Assembly (NCBI GenBank): GCA_964016885.1
Contig: OZ024740.1
Span: 86,924,001 to 86,988,000 of the forward strand
Length of the DNA: 64,000 nucleotides
Direction: 5' to 3'
Source of the DNA: Eledone cirrhosa
Taxonomy: Eukaryota
How positions within the stretch are numbered: the stretch's first letter is position 1; each line of letters opens with the position of its first letter. Below are positions 1 to 13,949 of this stretch, piece by piece. The position numbers and the translations under genes are program-made. The notes beneath the pieces are model-generated. The model had not been told where the DNA came from, ran no database searches, and was given only the letters and a program-made list of their open reading frames with translations.

Positions 1-1081
1 ATGTTTTATACAGCTGGCTGCAGTAGGAAAAGCTCTGAAATGGCTCTTATCAAATTTTAATTGAATTTAAAAAAAAAAGAAAGAACACATTTTAAAATAT
101 GCATTAAGTATCGACTGGAATATCTTAATTGCAGCCAGAATGTAACAAGGAAGATGGGTAAAACAAAGAAGGAAACACATGTTTGCACACACATAAATAT
201 ACACATAAAATAAGCATCAGTGTATCTAAGGAGAGAGAAATTGTCATTGCTGCAGCTAAATCACATACAAAAGACTATATTCTTTCTCTGGAGATCTTAA
301 GGAATTGTCATATTTTAGGGTTGGGGGTGAACAGATAATCAGTTCTTTAAATGACTATTTGTGTCACTTACAAACCATAAGCAGATGTATTTTTTTTTAT
401 ATTAGTCCAGTTACTAGTAAAGAGTGAAAGCATAAGGTTAGGTTTTAGCAGAAGCCTATCTCCAAACATGATAAGTGTGACAATTCAGTATGTTTAATTT
501 TTAACTGTTTAATCAAGGATGGGAGGGTAAGGACCACAATTCCTTTTCAGGGTCTCAGATACTGGAGCAAGGAAAGAGAGTGACTTCAAACTAGAGACCT
601 AGCTTAAATGTTTCAAACAAAATGCATTTCATGGTCAGCTGGAGGTGTTAAACCAGGCTAATGGTTAATTCTAACATCTAAGGTTTCTACAGTTGGAATT
701 GAACTCAGAATGCAAAGAGCCACAACAAATGCCATGATGCATCTCAGCTAATGCTTTAATTCCAGAAATTCTCTACTCTGAGCTGGTACTTTACGTTATC
801 AACACTGAAAAGGTGAAAGACAACTATAGAGGGATTTGAACTCAGAACACAGAGAATCAGAGAAATATTGCAAAGCATTCTGCTTAATGTACTAATGACT
901 CTATGAATATGCATTGATAACAATGAAATCTTCAAACATTAATGAATTCATTTGCTTTTCTTGAAATATATATTAGCAGAATAGAGAGAAATCTATATTG
1001 CACTTTACAGCAACTAGCAGCAGCAACAACAACAACAACAACAACAACCACAACAGAAACAGAAGCATAGCAAGGGCTTAC

Positions 1082-1126
1082 TTGACTCCTGGACTGCCAC
1101 TTGGGGCAAGGATTGTTAAAGCTAAC
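1082..1126 (-). CDS. Candidate 45-bp micro-exon (VSFNNPCPKWQSRSQ in phase 0)
   Basis: Acceptor atttagtag|, donor CAA|gtaagc; not compatible with the phase-1 donor at 5022. Confidence 0.22.
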
Positions 1127-1221
1127 CTACTAAATACGTCAAAAGCAAAATTACTCTTACAATGAATTTGTATGTCTCCAATTACAATAAAATCCAGTAA
1201 GGATTGTGCTAATTGATAATA

Positions 1222-1438
1222 ATGGTTTCTTATATAGGCACAAGGCCAGTAATTTGGGGGGAGGGGAAAGTCGATTAAATCGACGCCAGTGCGTGACTGG
1301 TACTTTATTTTATCGACCTCATAAGGATGAAAGGAAAAGTTAACCTCGGCGAAATTTGAGCTCAGATCATAAAGAGCCGTAACTCTATGCTGCAAAGCAT
1401 GGCATCCGACCCTCTACCGATACTGCCAATTCACCGCC
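1222..1438 (-). mobile_element. tRNA-derived SINE family A (long 3' variant)
   Basis: Head ggcggtgaattggcagtatcggtag, B-box-like gagctcaaatttcgcc, central cctttcatcct...gataaaataaagtaccag, (ATT)n tail. Confidence 0.85.
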
Positions 1439-1519
1439 CTCTTGCTAATAGATAATAATAATTATATATACATATGCATATATATGTATATGTATGTATA
1501 TATACATATATATATGTGT

Positions 1520-2112
1520 GTCAGGTCACCAGTTGGTGTTACTGGTAACATGTATCCCAGTACAACCTGTCTCATGGCGACTAAACTGGCAACCCCACCA
1601 AGGTTTCTTGGTGAGGAGGGTGACTTTGGACATCCTGCAGTTTTAAAAACAAAACCTGTCAAAGGGCAAAGGAGCTCTTAAGAGTCAATGGCCATCCAAA
1701 ATCACTGGGAGAGATGACCCCTTAGCCTTTGTCAAGGCAGAATTCTAGAAGCAAAACTCTGATATAACACCTGCAACCCTGATGGTATCCATTGATGTTG
1801 ACTTGTTCTTCCTTTTGGTAAATATCATCTTGGTTAAGAGAGTGGGATTGGCTTTGTGCAGTGCCTTTGCTCACTATAAAAGCTTCACGGCACAGGCATT
1901 GCTTTATATCTGGAGATCTCTCTGCACTTGTCGTCACATGGTACCATGGGCCCAGCACTATGTGTCAATAATTCTCACAAGTATAGTGTTTGTACCAGAG
2001 TTTTCCAGTCGTTAGCTGGACTAAAGAGTCACACTCGTTCAGCGCATCAGTAGGGGTTCTCCTACATGGATATAAAGTAGTGGCCGTACTCGAAAACGAG
2101 TTGGCAGCCACC
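1520..2112 (+). mobile_element. Non-coding RTE 5'UTR-like element inside a (TA)n tract
   Basis: GC-elevated block bounded by TA/TG microsatellite; aaaactctgat motif typical of RTE 5'UTRs; HDV-like fold at its 5' end. Confidence 0.5.
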
Positions 2113-5021
2113 ATATATGTGTATATATATGTGTATATATATATGTATGTATGTATGTATATATATATATATATATTATTATTATATATATGTATTGCTG
2201 GCCTTGTGCCAAAAGTAGAAACAATTATTATATTTATGCATTATTTATTCATTTATCTTCATACAGGGAACAAAAGTGCTACCTGAGGTTTCAAGACCTA
2301 ATCTCCAAAATGTAAGAGGCATCAAAATTGTGACCTAATCTTCAGGTACTTATAATGTAATATATCAGCTCTCTTCCTGATTGAGCACGATTTTCCTTTT
2401 ACCTCTTTTCACACATACGTGTATATATATATATATATATAAAATTGTGTTGTATGTCATAGAAATAAGACTTAGAAAAATAAAACTAGAAGTGAATAAT
2501 GGAATTAAAAGATACTAAAATTTTCCGCACTTAAAATATTTACCTAGTTTTATCTCTATTCTCCTATATATATATATATAGCTATTTTATGATATTGTTA
2601 TAATGTTTGTAGTATATAAACCCCCAAAGCACAATCATTCTGATCTGATTAAAGCAAAAAAAGAACTACAAAAATATACCACCAGTTCATCAGTAAGGGC
2701 TAAATCAACTACAATGACAAATATACCGGTGTGTGAGATGTTTTTACAGTGTCAGTGATTAGATTATCAACAACATAATTCATTAAAACATCTATCACAT
2801 TTGAATTTCGAACACGAATGTTGGTCAAGACACCAAATTTGCTCCTTATGAAACCTTAATTAATATAATTATATCATGATGGTTCATAAAATACAAAATT
2901 TGTTACAAATCAAAATAGATGTGACGATCACTAATGGGAAACATTCAGTCAACTATCTAAATTTATAAATTGTATATTAGTTAAATTTAAGTGCCTGAGT
3001 AAAGATCAAAAGCTTAAAATTTGAGCTCAAACCTAAGACAGTTGAGCAGCTCTGAGAATGAGTTAAACAAGAAAAATGAAATCAACTTCCTTTGCATATT
3101 ATTTTCATTTTCCATAGATTTTGTTTAGGGTTATCGCTGTTATCATAATACAATTAGAAATACTATTCAAATATTAATAAAATGCAATCAATCAACTATT
3201 GTTGAGGACATATCAACAACGGGGTTGATCGAACATAACCCAACAGCAATGCTGACATCAAATTAACTTATTAAATGAAAAGTTACTATCTATCATAATG
3301 CACAACCTCAGGCCATTACGAACACCTTTACATAATTTGAGAAAATTCCTTGGGGAAAACATTGCTGTTGCATTGTCCATATTCGTTTGACATCACTCCT
3401 TGCAGATTACCTCCTATTCATAAATTTGTAAAATTATCTTAATGACACAGTATATTTGAAATATATCATTGCATTTTTTTAGGAAGAATATCATTTGAAT
3501 TTTACAAAAATTGGTCTCTAAAAGATTTTGGGTTATAGGCAGAATATCATTAATAGCAATGGAAAATACTTTTAGATGTTGATGTCAAATTTACATGGAA
3601 TGAGAAGACTGGTAGAAGCCTGTTTCATAATAAAATACAGAATCACCTTCCTATTAACCTCTAACATATATATGATTTCTTGCATAAGCATAGAACCTAT
3701 TGATATGTTCTTGCAATTCATAAGGAACAAATACTGGAAATCAAAATTGACTCACAGAACACTGATGGTATACCAGAAACTTAAGTTGCACTTTATCTCA
3801 CACCAATTGAGTATGCTATCGGTAGCATTTTTTGTATATTCAAACTTATAAGTTTGGATTAGCAAGATTCAGCATTCTATATGTTGGCATTGAAACAAAT
3901 TGGTTTGAGATGGTTTAATGAAGTTAAGAGAAATATGCCATTGGAAAGATCATTATAAATGAGTAAGTATGAGAGCAACCAATCATAGAAAAACTAACCA
4001 TATATACACACATAGACAGAGCTGGATTGAAAATTACTGTATCAGAAAGGAAAACTAGAAAAAGGAAGTAGTTCAAATAACTACAAATCAAAAAGTGCAC
4101 AAAGATTATAACATTTAAAAGTGAAAATCTATGTAGGTGTGTAAACTAATTGCATGTCTTATGCCAGTAATAAAGTATGTGGTAATGTGACATGGCAGCT
4201 GACCAGCAACAAAGTTAGGTATGAATATACCAAGGCAACAGACCAATATTAATAAATTGAAAGTGAAAGGACAGTAGATTCAAGAACAGAAACAAAAGAG
4301 AAAGATAGAACCATATGTGGTCAACAGACAAATGGAATAAATTGTAAAAAGTCAGAGCAAAAGTGCAATTAGATAGAATGAAGTCAAAGGAAAGATGAAG
4401 CAACAAAATGCATGGGAGACCTCTGGCTGGTGAGTTGATGTAGAATAGTATTAGTAAATGAGAGTAAAATGAGGTACCATAAGAATTAATAACTAATCTA
4501 TGTGGTAGCCTTCAGATCTGTAGAAAGTTATAAAAACTCAATATATATTAGATTTCTTTACATGTACAAGGAAAATAGTGAATATGGTAAATTGCTAGCC
4601 AAAACAATTGATGGGTATTTGTTAACATATAACACATTTTCCCCAGAGAGACTTTTAAACTCAATCTGATTTCTGACGATATTTCTCTGATATTTCGATA
4701 CTACTTTTTAAATGAATCACAGACACATACAATAAATGAATTATAAAAAATATGAAATATATTATTATACAAGACTTTAGGCTGACATTTTATTATGAAG
4801 CTACTGTTAGTAATTAATAGGTTAGTACCAAGAAGCATGGGTTTAATAAATAACTTCAAAAATGAAGAAAAGTGAGAGAGAGGTTGTGCTTTGGGGAAGT
4901 TTTCCCTTCACCAATAATGTAATTTTTTCAAATTAATGCCCACTAAAAAAAATAGTTTCCTAGTGTAACAATAGTCTGAATAATACACAAGTGTTTCAAC
5001 TGTACTACAATGACTACACAC

Positions 5022-5235
5022 CTGGAGAAGGTGCATAATTAGGCAAGTCCTGTGAGCCATAGAGACGTGCAGGCAATGGAGGGGCGTGGTTTTCTAACGA
5101 CAAAGTAGGAGCAGCGGCAGCAGAGTCGGTGGCCCCCCGACTGGAGGTACGCACTGGTGGAGGGGGTGGTGTCTTACCGGCTCGGCTGCATGGACGGCTG
5201 GGCGCATGTTCAAGGTAGTCCCCTACCATTCCATT
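5022..5235 (-). CDS. Host gene exon, Pro-rich (NGMVGDYLEHAPSRPCSRAGKTPPPPPVRTSS...PPLPARLYGSQDLPNYAPSP)
   Basis: GC-rich open frame; acceptor ttattttcag| at phase 0 matches the upstream exon; candidate donor CCAG|gtgtgt, otherwise the frame runs to a stop at 5014. Confidence 0.85.
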
Positions 5236-5409
5236 CTGAAAATAACGGCACAAAGACATACAACATCAGAAAGAAACCTATGCACACTGACATGCGTATA
5301 ATAAAGATCCATAGAGACATGCAAAGGCTATAATTTTCTGTTCTAAATAATAATAACAATAATAATAACAATAGTAATAATAATGATAGTAATAATAATG
5401 ATAGTAATA

Positions 5410-5841
5410 ATTGTTTCTACTTTTGGCACAAGGCCAGCAATTATTCAGTACATTATTGGTACTTTATTTTATCGACCCCGTAAGGATGAAAGGCAAAGTT
5501 AACCTCGGTGGGATTTGAACTCAGATCGTAAAGGGATGTAACTATGCTTGAAAGCATGACCGACCCTCCACCGATACTGCAAATTCACCGCCTTTAATGA
5601 TAGTAATAATAATAATAGTAATAATGGTTTCTGATACAGGCACAAGGCCAGCAATTTTGGGGGAGGGGAATGTCGATTAGATCGACCCCAGTGCATGACT
5701 GGTACTTTATGTTATCGACTCTGTAAGGATGAAAGGCAAAGTTAACCTCGGGTGGATTTGAACTCAGGCCATAAAAAAATGTAAGTCTATGCTGCAAAGC
5801 ATGGCGTCCAACTCTCTACCGATACTGCCTATCCACTGCCC
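5410..5841 (-). mobile_element. Two tandem SINE A copies within (AAT/AGT)n
   Basis: Copies at about 5410-5593 and 5622-5841. Confidence 0.85.
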
Positions 5842-7505
5842 TAATAATGATAGTAATAGTAATAGAAGTAGTAATACAAAAGTACTATTAACCTATAAAT
5901 AAATAAAATGAAAATCACATACAATCTGATTTTGCAATCATCAATGAAATCAAGATGAATATATAGCAATAAAAAAAAAAAAAAAGCAGGGACCAAATAA
6001 ATCTTGAAATAAAAGAAAAGGAGGTCAGACCCTATCTGTATATTATTGTGTTGATGTTAAACTCCAACCTTAGCAATAGAAATACTAAGTAAAGGTGAAG
6101 TAGACCTTTATTTTTTAGATAATTTTGAACTAATTAATGAAATATAAAGCAATAATTGTACTGAGTGTTCTGTGGAACAGAATATTGATATTTACTAGGA
6201 CCTACAAAAGAGAAATTCAGCTAGTACATCAGTCCAGGGCATAGAGAGTCAATTTAGGAGCTGTGAATATCTGACAAGCTCCTCCCTAAAAACAAATGAA
6301 GCTTCTCAGCCACCTTGAATTTTGAGAAGAGCCCTAGGTCTTAAAAGCAGCCATGTACCACCATGAAAGAATTCTTTTAAAGGCCCTGGTATTTACTAAC
6401 TACTGAATTTTATTGTCAATATTATAATTGTCTGCAATATACAGTGAAAGAAATGTGAATAGATACATTTTTTTTTTAGTTATGATGTCACAGAGGAAAT
6501 TTATGTTTTTGCTCAGCTGTTCATTGCTGTGCTACAATTTCTAGAGAAATGTAATATTCTTCAAGCAGACACTTTTATGAATAAAATTAGTATTAGTAAT
6601 AATAGAGAAGGGAATTGAGGCAAATACTGAAGTAAGTTTATTATGTTATTAACAGGTTTAGAAAGTCTATTTCTTTTTTCACTCAAACAACAGCTAAAGA
6701 AATGTATAGTGACATACTTTAAGTAACTTAGGAATTTTTAATGTGATTTAACATTAAAAAAAAGACATTTCAACCAACAATATTTTTTATACATCAGCCA
6801 ATGATTTCTTTCCTTTTTACAGCAGAAAGGTAAAGTAATAAGAGCAAAATTATAAAAATTATGAAAACCAATGTTTCATTTTTTTTTAAATTTTCTACTT
6901 AAATATTTGTTTTTAATGAAAATGGGTTTAACACTAAACCAAAGTTTTATAAACTAAAATGGAAAGAAAGGTAAGGTCTTTAATAAGACGATCATTTGAA
7001 ATATTCATGGTGTTATAATCATATAATCACATAACACTGGTTGTAGGATAAATTCTATAAAACAAGCAAGTGAAGTAGTTTTGATTATATATTTATATAT
7101 ATATACACATACACACAATTGTTCGGCAGCTGACTCAATTTGAGAAAATATTACATCATGGAAGAGGCATTCTAGTAATCTAAATAAACAAAAGCCTTTA
7201 TATCCACATTTATTTATTTTGTGAAGTGTCAACATTCTCATCACACTTTAATAACCTTATAAAAGACATGATTCCATTGCAACTGAGTTGCAGAAGAAAT
7301 ATGTCAGTGATGAGATCACAAAGACATGACCAAAATTTGGACACCTCATAAAATAAATAAAAGTCAACGAATGTTTTGTGTGTGGCTTTTTAAATTGCTA
7401 AACTGCCTATTTCATGGTGTAAATTATATATATATATATATACATAAAATTTATATAATATATATAAAGAGAGAGAGAGAGTGAGGTAAAAACCCAACTG
7501 TGACA

Positions 7506-7705
7506 NNNNNNNNNNNNNNNNNNNNNNNNNNNNNNNNNNNNNNNNNNNNNNNNNNNNNNNNNNNNNNNNNNNNNNNNNNNNNNNNNNNNNNNNNNNNNNN
7601 NNNNNNNNNNNNNNNNNNNNNNNNNNNNNNNNNNNNNNNNNNNNNNNNNNNNNNNNNNNNNNNNNNNNNNNNNNNNNNNNNNNNNNNNNNNNNNNNNNNN
7701 NNNNN
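7506..7705. other. Assembly gap (200 N)
   Basis: Run of N. Confidence 1.
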
Positions 7706-10287
7706 GGTCTTACTTGTTCCTATTACCCACTCTACTACCCTAAGTATTGAGTACTTTGGTGCGTTATGGTCCACCTGGTTCCTTACCACATTTCCTTCGT
7801 TATATATATATATATATATATGTGTGTGTGAATGTATATATATACATACATACACACATAAGGATGTTAATGTAAAGATTAAACTATCCAATATTTTCAC
7901 ATTTTGCTTGTTTCATTAGAGAAATACATGGAATCAATTAAAACATTGTTATATTACAGACCCTGTATGAATGAAGTTGAAACCAAATTAATTATATATA
8001 GAAATATAAGCAAACATCTGTATAAATGGGGAAAATACAAAAGGGATTTATAAACAATAAAATCCTTTGTTGAAATGAAGAGAGTTGTGTTTCTTAAATT
8101 TGTAAAAGAAAAGAAAAAGCTATCAACATTATTGAATGTGAAAATTAATTATAACTGAAGTGTTCCACAAACAGCTATATATGCTAATATTAACAGCTTT
8201 ACATTCTAACAAGAATTGAAAAATCTCTTTTTCATTATGTGTTTTTTATCCACCTTTTACTCCCTACCAAAGAGCTATTACTTGGCAATATTTTTATACA
8301 CACACACACACATATATATATATTTCTTTTTTCACTCTTATGTTTTTTTCATCTTGCAGCACCTATGTTCTTAGTACTCTATTATCTATTCCAAAGACGT
8401 TGCTATAATTGATGTTAATTTTCCAGAAGAAAAAAGAAAATTAAAATTGGAGTGAAAAAAGGATGAAAAGAAACAATAAAAATACAAAGAATAAGCAAAT
8501 TAAAAACAGCTTTAAAAAATGCAATGACAAAAATACAACAGAAATTGAAATGGATTTGACATGTGGTTGTCAACATTAATGGTGGCCATTGTAATTTCAG
8601 GTTAGGTGGAAACGAAAAATGAAAGAAAGTAAAAGCAAGAAATAAATATAAAAAGAAGAGCAGTAATAATTTAATTAGTGAGAAAAGTCAGTGGATTTGA
8701 TCAAAAGCTGTAAAAGTACTTAAATTTAATACCAGACTAAACAGAAATGATCAATAGTAAAAGTTTCTAAGAGATTGTATTAGTTTTTAAGGAGTCAATG
8801 TTCAATTAAAAACAAAACTTAAATAAGAAATATATAAATTCAATAGCTTCTTTTTGCGTAGCAACTTCTAATTCCTTTCATCAAATTCTTTTTCTTTTTG
8901 TTTGTTTGTTTTTAATGGGGGCACATGTTAAAGTAATATCAATAAAGTTCTCCTCCTCAAGAGGTTTCTCTTTAATAGGTCTCAATCTCTAACTACTACT
9001 GATGTCCTACTTTCAGATTTTGATCATCATTTCATGTTGTGATTTGTCTATGAGAGAGAGTGAGAACATATCCAAAATATTAACCTTCAGCCTTCAATTA
9101 GTTTTAACACGTCCTACTGTCTATATTGTCAATCACCTGTCTCACCAAGTATCTGCTACAAGCAATTAGAGAACTGCATGTACCTGACTGCAACAACAAT
9201 TGGCTGGAAAACAAAATTTTGGCTGAAGTGAACAAGACTGATCAGCTTAAAGCTAAAAAGCAAGTACTTTTACTCAATGTAGAAGTATGGAATGAAGAAG
9301 TAGTGGACAAGTTAAAGCTTCACCAGTAGATAATATATATGGTAGTGATGGTGTGATTAAAAGAAGCTCTTATTCTAAGATTTGAAGGTGCTTGGCCTAG
9401 TGGTTAGAGTGTTAAGCTCATGATAGTAAGGGTAAGGATTTAATTCCCAGATCAGATGGTGAATTGAGTCCTTGAGTAAGATACTCATTTTATATTTTTC
9501 CAGTGTACTGAACTGAAAAAATGAGCACAAATAGCAACCTTTAACTTTGTAAGGGACTAGTGCCTTTTCTGGAGAGAAGTCTTGTACTTTCAGTCACTGA
9601 ATGCCATTGAAACTAGGGTAAATTCCACCATGATGAGCCTCTAGGATTGGGAAAGACTGAAACTAGGAATGCCAGTAAAAGGGATGAAATGAGTATAATT
9701 TTCGGAGTCATATATAAAGTAAAGTCAGAAAATCAAATGAACTGATTATTTCCTGCAAAAGACTGCAGTTGTAGAGTGTTGAAATATATATGGGATAATG
9801 AGGCAGAACAATTATAATGTTAATGGGCTGAACTAAAGAACACATGTTCATACATTATTGTGTCTCTAAATAAAGCACAATTCTATTTGATACCCTTCGC
9901 CTTAATGACAAACCTAGGGAGCCTCTACATGACCTTCTTGGTCACTCAGACTACTAGAAATAGCAGCAAAGTCTCCTTCAAATCACATTTTATGCTCTTA
10001 AAAGAGAAAACACATTGGGATAGTGTGATTCTAGATGTATTGAACCTTTGGAAAACAAAACAAGCTAATATGTTTACAACAGGAATGCCTTTTGATAATA
10101 GGTGTGCTTCACCAGAACTAACCTGCAACTAAACAACAACATCAATAATAACAGGTTGTACACTGACTTCAGGGTTAAATAGTTAGCAATAAGAAAAACA
10201 GCCAATTGTAAAAACCATACCAATGAAGATATTTTGTATAGACAAATAAAATGCAAATAAAACAACAAATAGATAACAAAAATTAAT

Positions 10288-10472
10288 TGTTTCTACATTT
10301 GGCACAAGGCCAGCAATTACCCAGTGCATTATTGGTACTTTATTTTATCGACCCCGTAAGGATGAAAGGCAAAGTTAACCTCGGCGGGATTTGAACTGAG
10401 TCCGTAAAGGGACGTAACTGTGCTGAAAAGCATGGCGTCCAACCCTCTACCGATACTGCCAATTCACCACCC
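10288..10472 (-). mobile_element. SINE A with 19-bp TSD atagataacaaaaattaat
   Basis: TSD at 10269-10287 and 10473-10491. Confidence 0.9.
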
Positions 10473-11549
10473 ATAGATAACAAAAATTAATAATAACAGA
10501 TAAAGTAGTGTGACTGTCTTCTCTTTTGTGTAAAGAAATCAATCGTGTTCAAAGAAAAGGGATGGGCTCCACCAGGTTTAAAATGCCCAAAATGCACTGT
10601 ATGTCACAATAGTGCCCCTATGACTCCACCAGGAGTTACAGGTCTGTATATATATCCATTGGGTGTTTTGTTTATTGTTGACTTTGTTTTCAGAATATAT
10701 TATTTATACATAGAGAAATTCAATGATTATTTTGCATTTGTTTTAGGTGTGTCTACATTCAGATTTAAGTACTTGAGTATTTAAATATTTGCTTATTTAC
10801 ATAAAATGTGAATGTAGTGAACAGAAGAAATATATATTTGATGATGAATGAAAGTAGAAATAACAAGCCAAAGATAGAGAAAAGAGACATATTCTTGCTG
10901 ATCTCTTCATAGAATGATGATGCAACCTAACCAAATCAAGATCCCTTTCTTTATTACTAAAAAAAAAGGCCGGTATTTATTTTCATAGGCAACAAAATTT
11001 ACATAACATATTCTATTTTAAAACAATTTTGTTTATGATTAGTAAAATATTCATAAACAATAGTCCACTCTGTATACTTCAGTCATTTCTTTATCAAGTC
11101 TATAATCTATTTTTTTAAATGTGATCAAAAGATACAAATAATTTGACTGATAACATACATTTAGCTGCTTGTGACTGTTTTTATAGAAAGATATTTTATC
11201 ATCTATAACAGCTCTAAAGACGTTTGATATATATGCCATCATAAATAAAATGGAAGGCACCATCTGTAAAATATTGTTTCATTACTGATGTTGTTTTTTT
11301 TTATCACCTAACTCTTGTTCTGAAGAATCACTTTGTCCCAGAATCTCTTTTTAAGTTCTTTACAATAATTTGACATTTGTAAGAAAGTTACTGTTACTTA
11401 AAAATGACTCTAGATGCTTAAAACAAAATTCAGAACCTTTCAGTTAAAGAGTTTTATAAAGCACGAAAAGACATACAATGACAGAACAATAGAAATTAGT
11501 GCATTGCAGAAATAACTAGTACAACTAGCATTTATTATTATAATAGAAG

Positions 11550-11940
11550 GGCGGTGGATTAGCAGTATTGGTAGAGGGTCGGACGTCATGCTTTGACGCA
11601 TAGAGTTACAGCCGTTGCTATTCTTAGTTCAAATCCCGCCGAGGTTAACTTTGCCTTTCATCCTTACGGGGTTGATAAAATAAAGTACCAGTAATACACT
11701 GGGTACTTTCTGGCCTTGTGCCTAACGTAGAAACAATTATTATAATAGAAGGGCGGAGGATTGGCAGTATTGGTAGAGGGTCGGACGCCATGCTTTGACA
11801 CATAGAGTTACGGCCCTTGCCATTCTGAGTTCAAATCCCGCCGAGGTTAACTTTGCCTTTCATCCTTACAGGGTCGATAAAATAAAGTACCAGTAATACA
11901 CTGGGTAATTGCTGGCCTTGTGCCAAAAGTAGAAACAATT
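11550..11940 (+). mobile_element. Head-to-tail SINE A dimer
   Basis: Copies start at 11550 and 11752; ttattataatagaag occurs before, between and after them. Confidence 0.9.
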
Positions 11941-12890
11941 ATTATAATAGAAGAGGATAAATTTGCTATCAGAAACAACACCATAAAAGTGAGAGAGCGA
12001 GAGAGAGAGATAAAGTAAAACTAAGATATTGTAGCCTATCAATAAATTTTTAAAATGGTCTATAAAACAAAATGTAGTAAAGATAGTCACTCTTCATATA
12101 GATAATTGAAATGATTTTGTTTGAAAATGACATGAAAGTGATGGTTACGTTGCTTTCTAAAAAAATTCAATCTTATTTGAATTTTTCATTTTAGTTTGGC
12201 TGCATCTCATACTTGAAAAGTATCAGAAACTAATTTTTATCGTCTTTATTTTTGAACGTCATTAAAAGTGAAGAATCTTAACAAGACTATATTAAAGTAA
12301 TAACACCAATTTGAAACAACTTAAAAAGTTTAATGAAACAGACTATAATACCATCTTCAAATTTTGCAGCTTTTATAAATTACTGTGTATTTCAAACATT
12401 AATGACATGTCTATTTTTTCTATTGCTTAACCCAATTAAAATTTCATAAATAAAATGTATTCCCAAGACTATTGAAGAAAATCAAAACTAACTGACAAAG
12501 CAATAAAGTTTGGAATAAAATGTCAATTTAATATACAGACAACAGTCAAAATATTCTATCAAGTAGTATAGTACATAACAAAACTTTTGTTTTAACAAAT
12601 TCTATTTTTTTTAGTAGAAATAGATCTTGGAACTAAACAGACCAAATTATAATTCCATAATTATGTATTTCTAAGATTGTTTATCACAACACTAATATAC
12701 ATAGCATTAATGTATATAGGATTACCATTCTTGTAAAAACTTTACTCACTCACACAGACACATAACCAAAGTAAATCATGAAAATAATAAAACTAATAAA
12801 TCTGCAAAACAAAAAAAAAAGAAAACAATAATCTTAGACAGAATATGGGGTTGAAGGAAGGAAAGGTCCCCTGAACAGTCCATTACTTAC

Positions 12891-13027
12891 TCGCATTCGA
12901 CTGTTTTGTTCTTGACGAGACCAATTTGTATCTTCATATATATTTCCTGGTGGCGTCTTGCCTCGAATAACCCCATAATGATTAGGTTCAAAGGTTTCTG
13001 TCTTTTTTCTAGGTGTCATATATAAAT
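12891..13027 (-). CDS. Host gene exon (DLYMTPRKKTETFEPNHYGVIRGKTPPGNIYEDTNWSRQEQNSRMR)
   Basis: Acceptor ttttctctgatag|, donor CGA|gtaagt; 137 bp, phase 1 to 0, compatible with both neighbouring exons. Confidence 0.85.
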
Positions 13028-13344
13028 CTATCAGAGAAAATTGAATAGTCATAAAGATATGTAAAAGTTAGAATTCCAATTAACATTTATAACATGGACA
13101 GTAACTATTGCAAACTAGATGATCACTAAATATATAAGAACTGTTATATATGTGACTGGTAGTAGGATAAAGACAAAAGACAGTTAATTTGTTTTAGTAA
13201 CATTTAATAATGAATTTCCAAAATTAGTTTGATGCTGGAACATTTATGTGGATGCTCGTTTTGAAGATTATTGGCTTTAGAAATGAAATGAAACAGTTCT
13301 GGACAAGAATCAAAATCAAGCTACTCATTCAGCTTGCAAAATAC

Positions 13345-13560
13345 TTAATTCTTTGAGTACCAGTGCCATGTTTGGTATTTTACTGCACCAGATTGGAATT
13401 TCATATTAAATTTTGCATTTTTCAAAAAATTGTTAAAAATTGCTTCATTTACTTTGTCAGAATCTGTGCTTTACAAATTAAACTAAAATGTACCATCATG
13501 GAACACATGATGTGAGAAGTAAAAGATATACCAATATGCTTTTGGCACTCAAAGAGTTAA
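13345..13560. mobile_element. TTAA-flanked piggyBac-like MITE
   Basis: Inverted ends ttaattctttgagtacca and tggcactcaaagagttaa. Confidence 0.6.
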
Positions 13561-13949
13561 TATCCCACCACAATACCTGCTGCAATACTAAAAAATATGT
13601 ACATTCAATATGATTTCCAGATAACCTTTACATCAATCATATGCACACCTACCAATGTGTTTTGTTTCAAAATTTCAGAAAACAGCTTTATATGTCAAAT
13701 ATTGCATTATACACATATAATAAATGCAGCTTTCAAAATATATCCAGGGATGCTTCTAAGATTTATCTATCATTTATCTTCCTCAATTTGAAGATTATAT
13801 CATCATTTCTAAACATCAATTTTATGATTTGGTGTATCCAGTAGAGTCAAAAATGATAAAAATTTTCAAGACTTTTTATCGGATTAAATAAAACTATGAT
13901 TTTAACAAGTATTATCTTCAATTAATCACTGAACAGACTTTTAAGTACA

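Noticed and set aside
7451-7919. ORFs spanning X residues
   Set aside because: Artefact of the N gap
10545-10660. GC-elevated patch with repeated ctccaccagg as an exon
   Set aside because: Stops occur early in all minus frames and there is no donor
10269-11953. Repeated short direct repeats as a CRISPR-like array
   Set aside because: They are TSDs around homologous SINEs in a eukaryotic context
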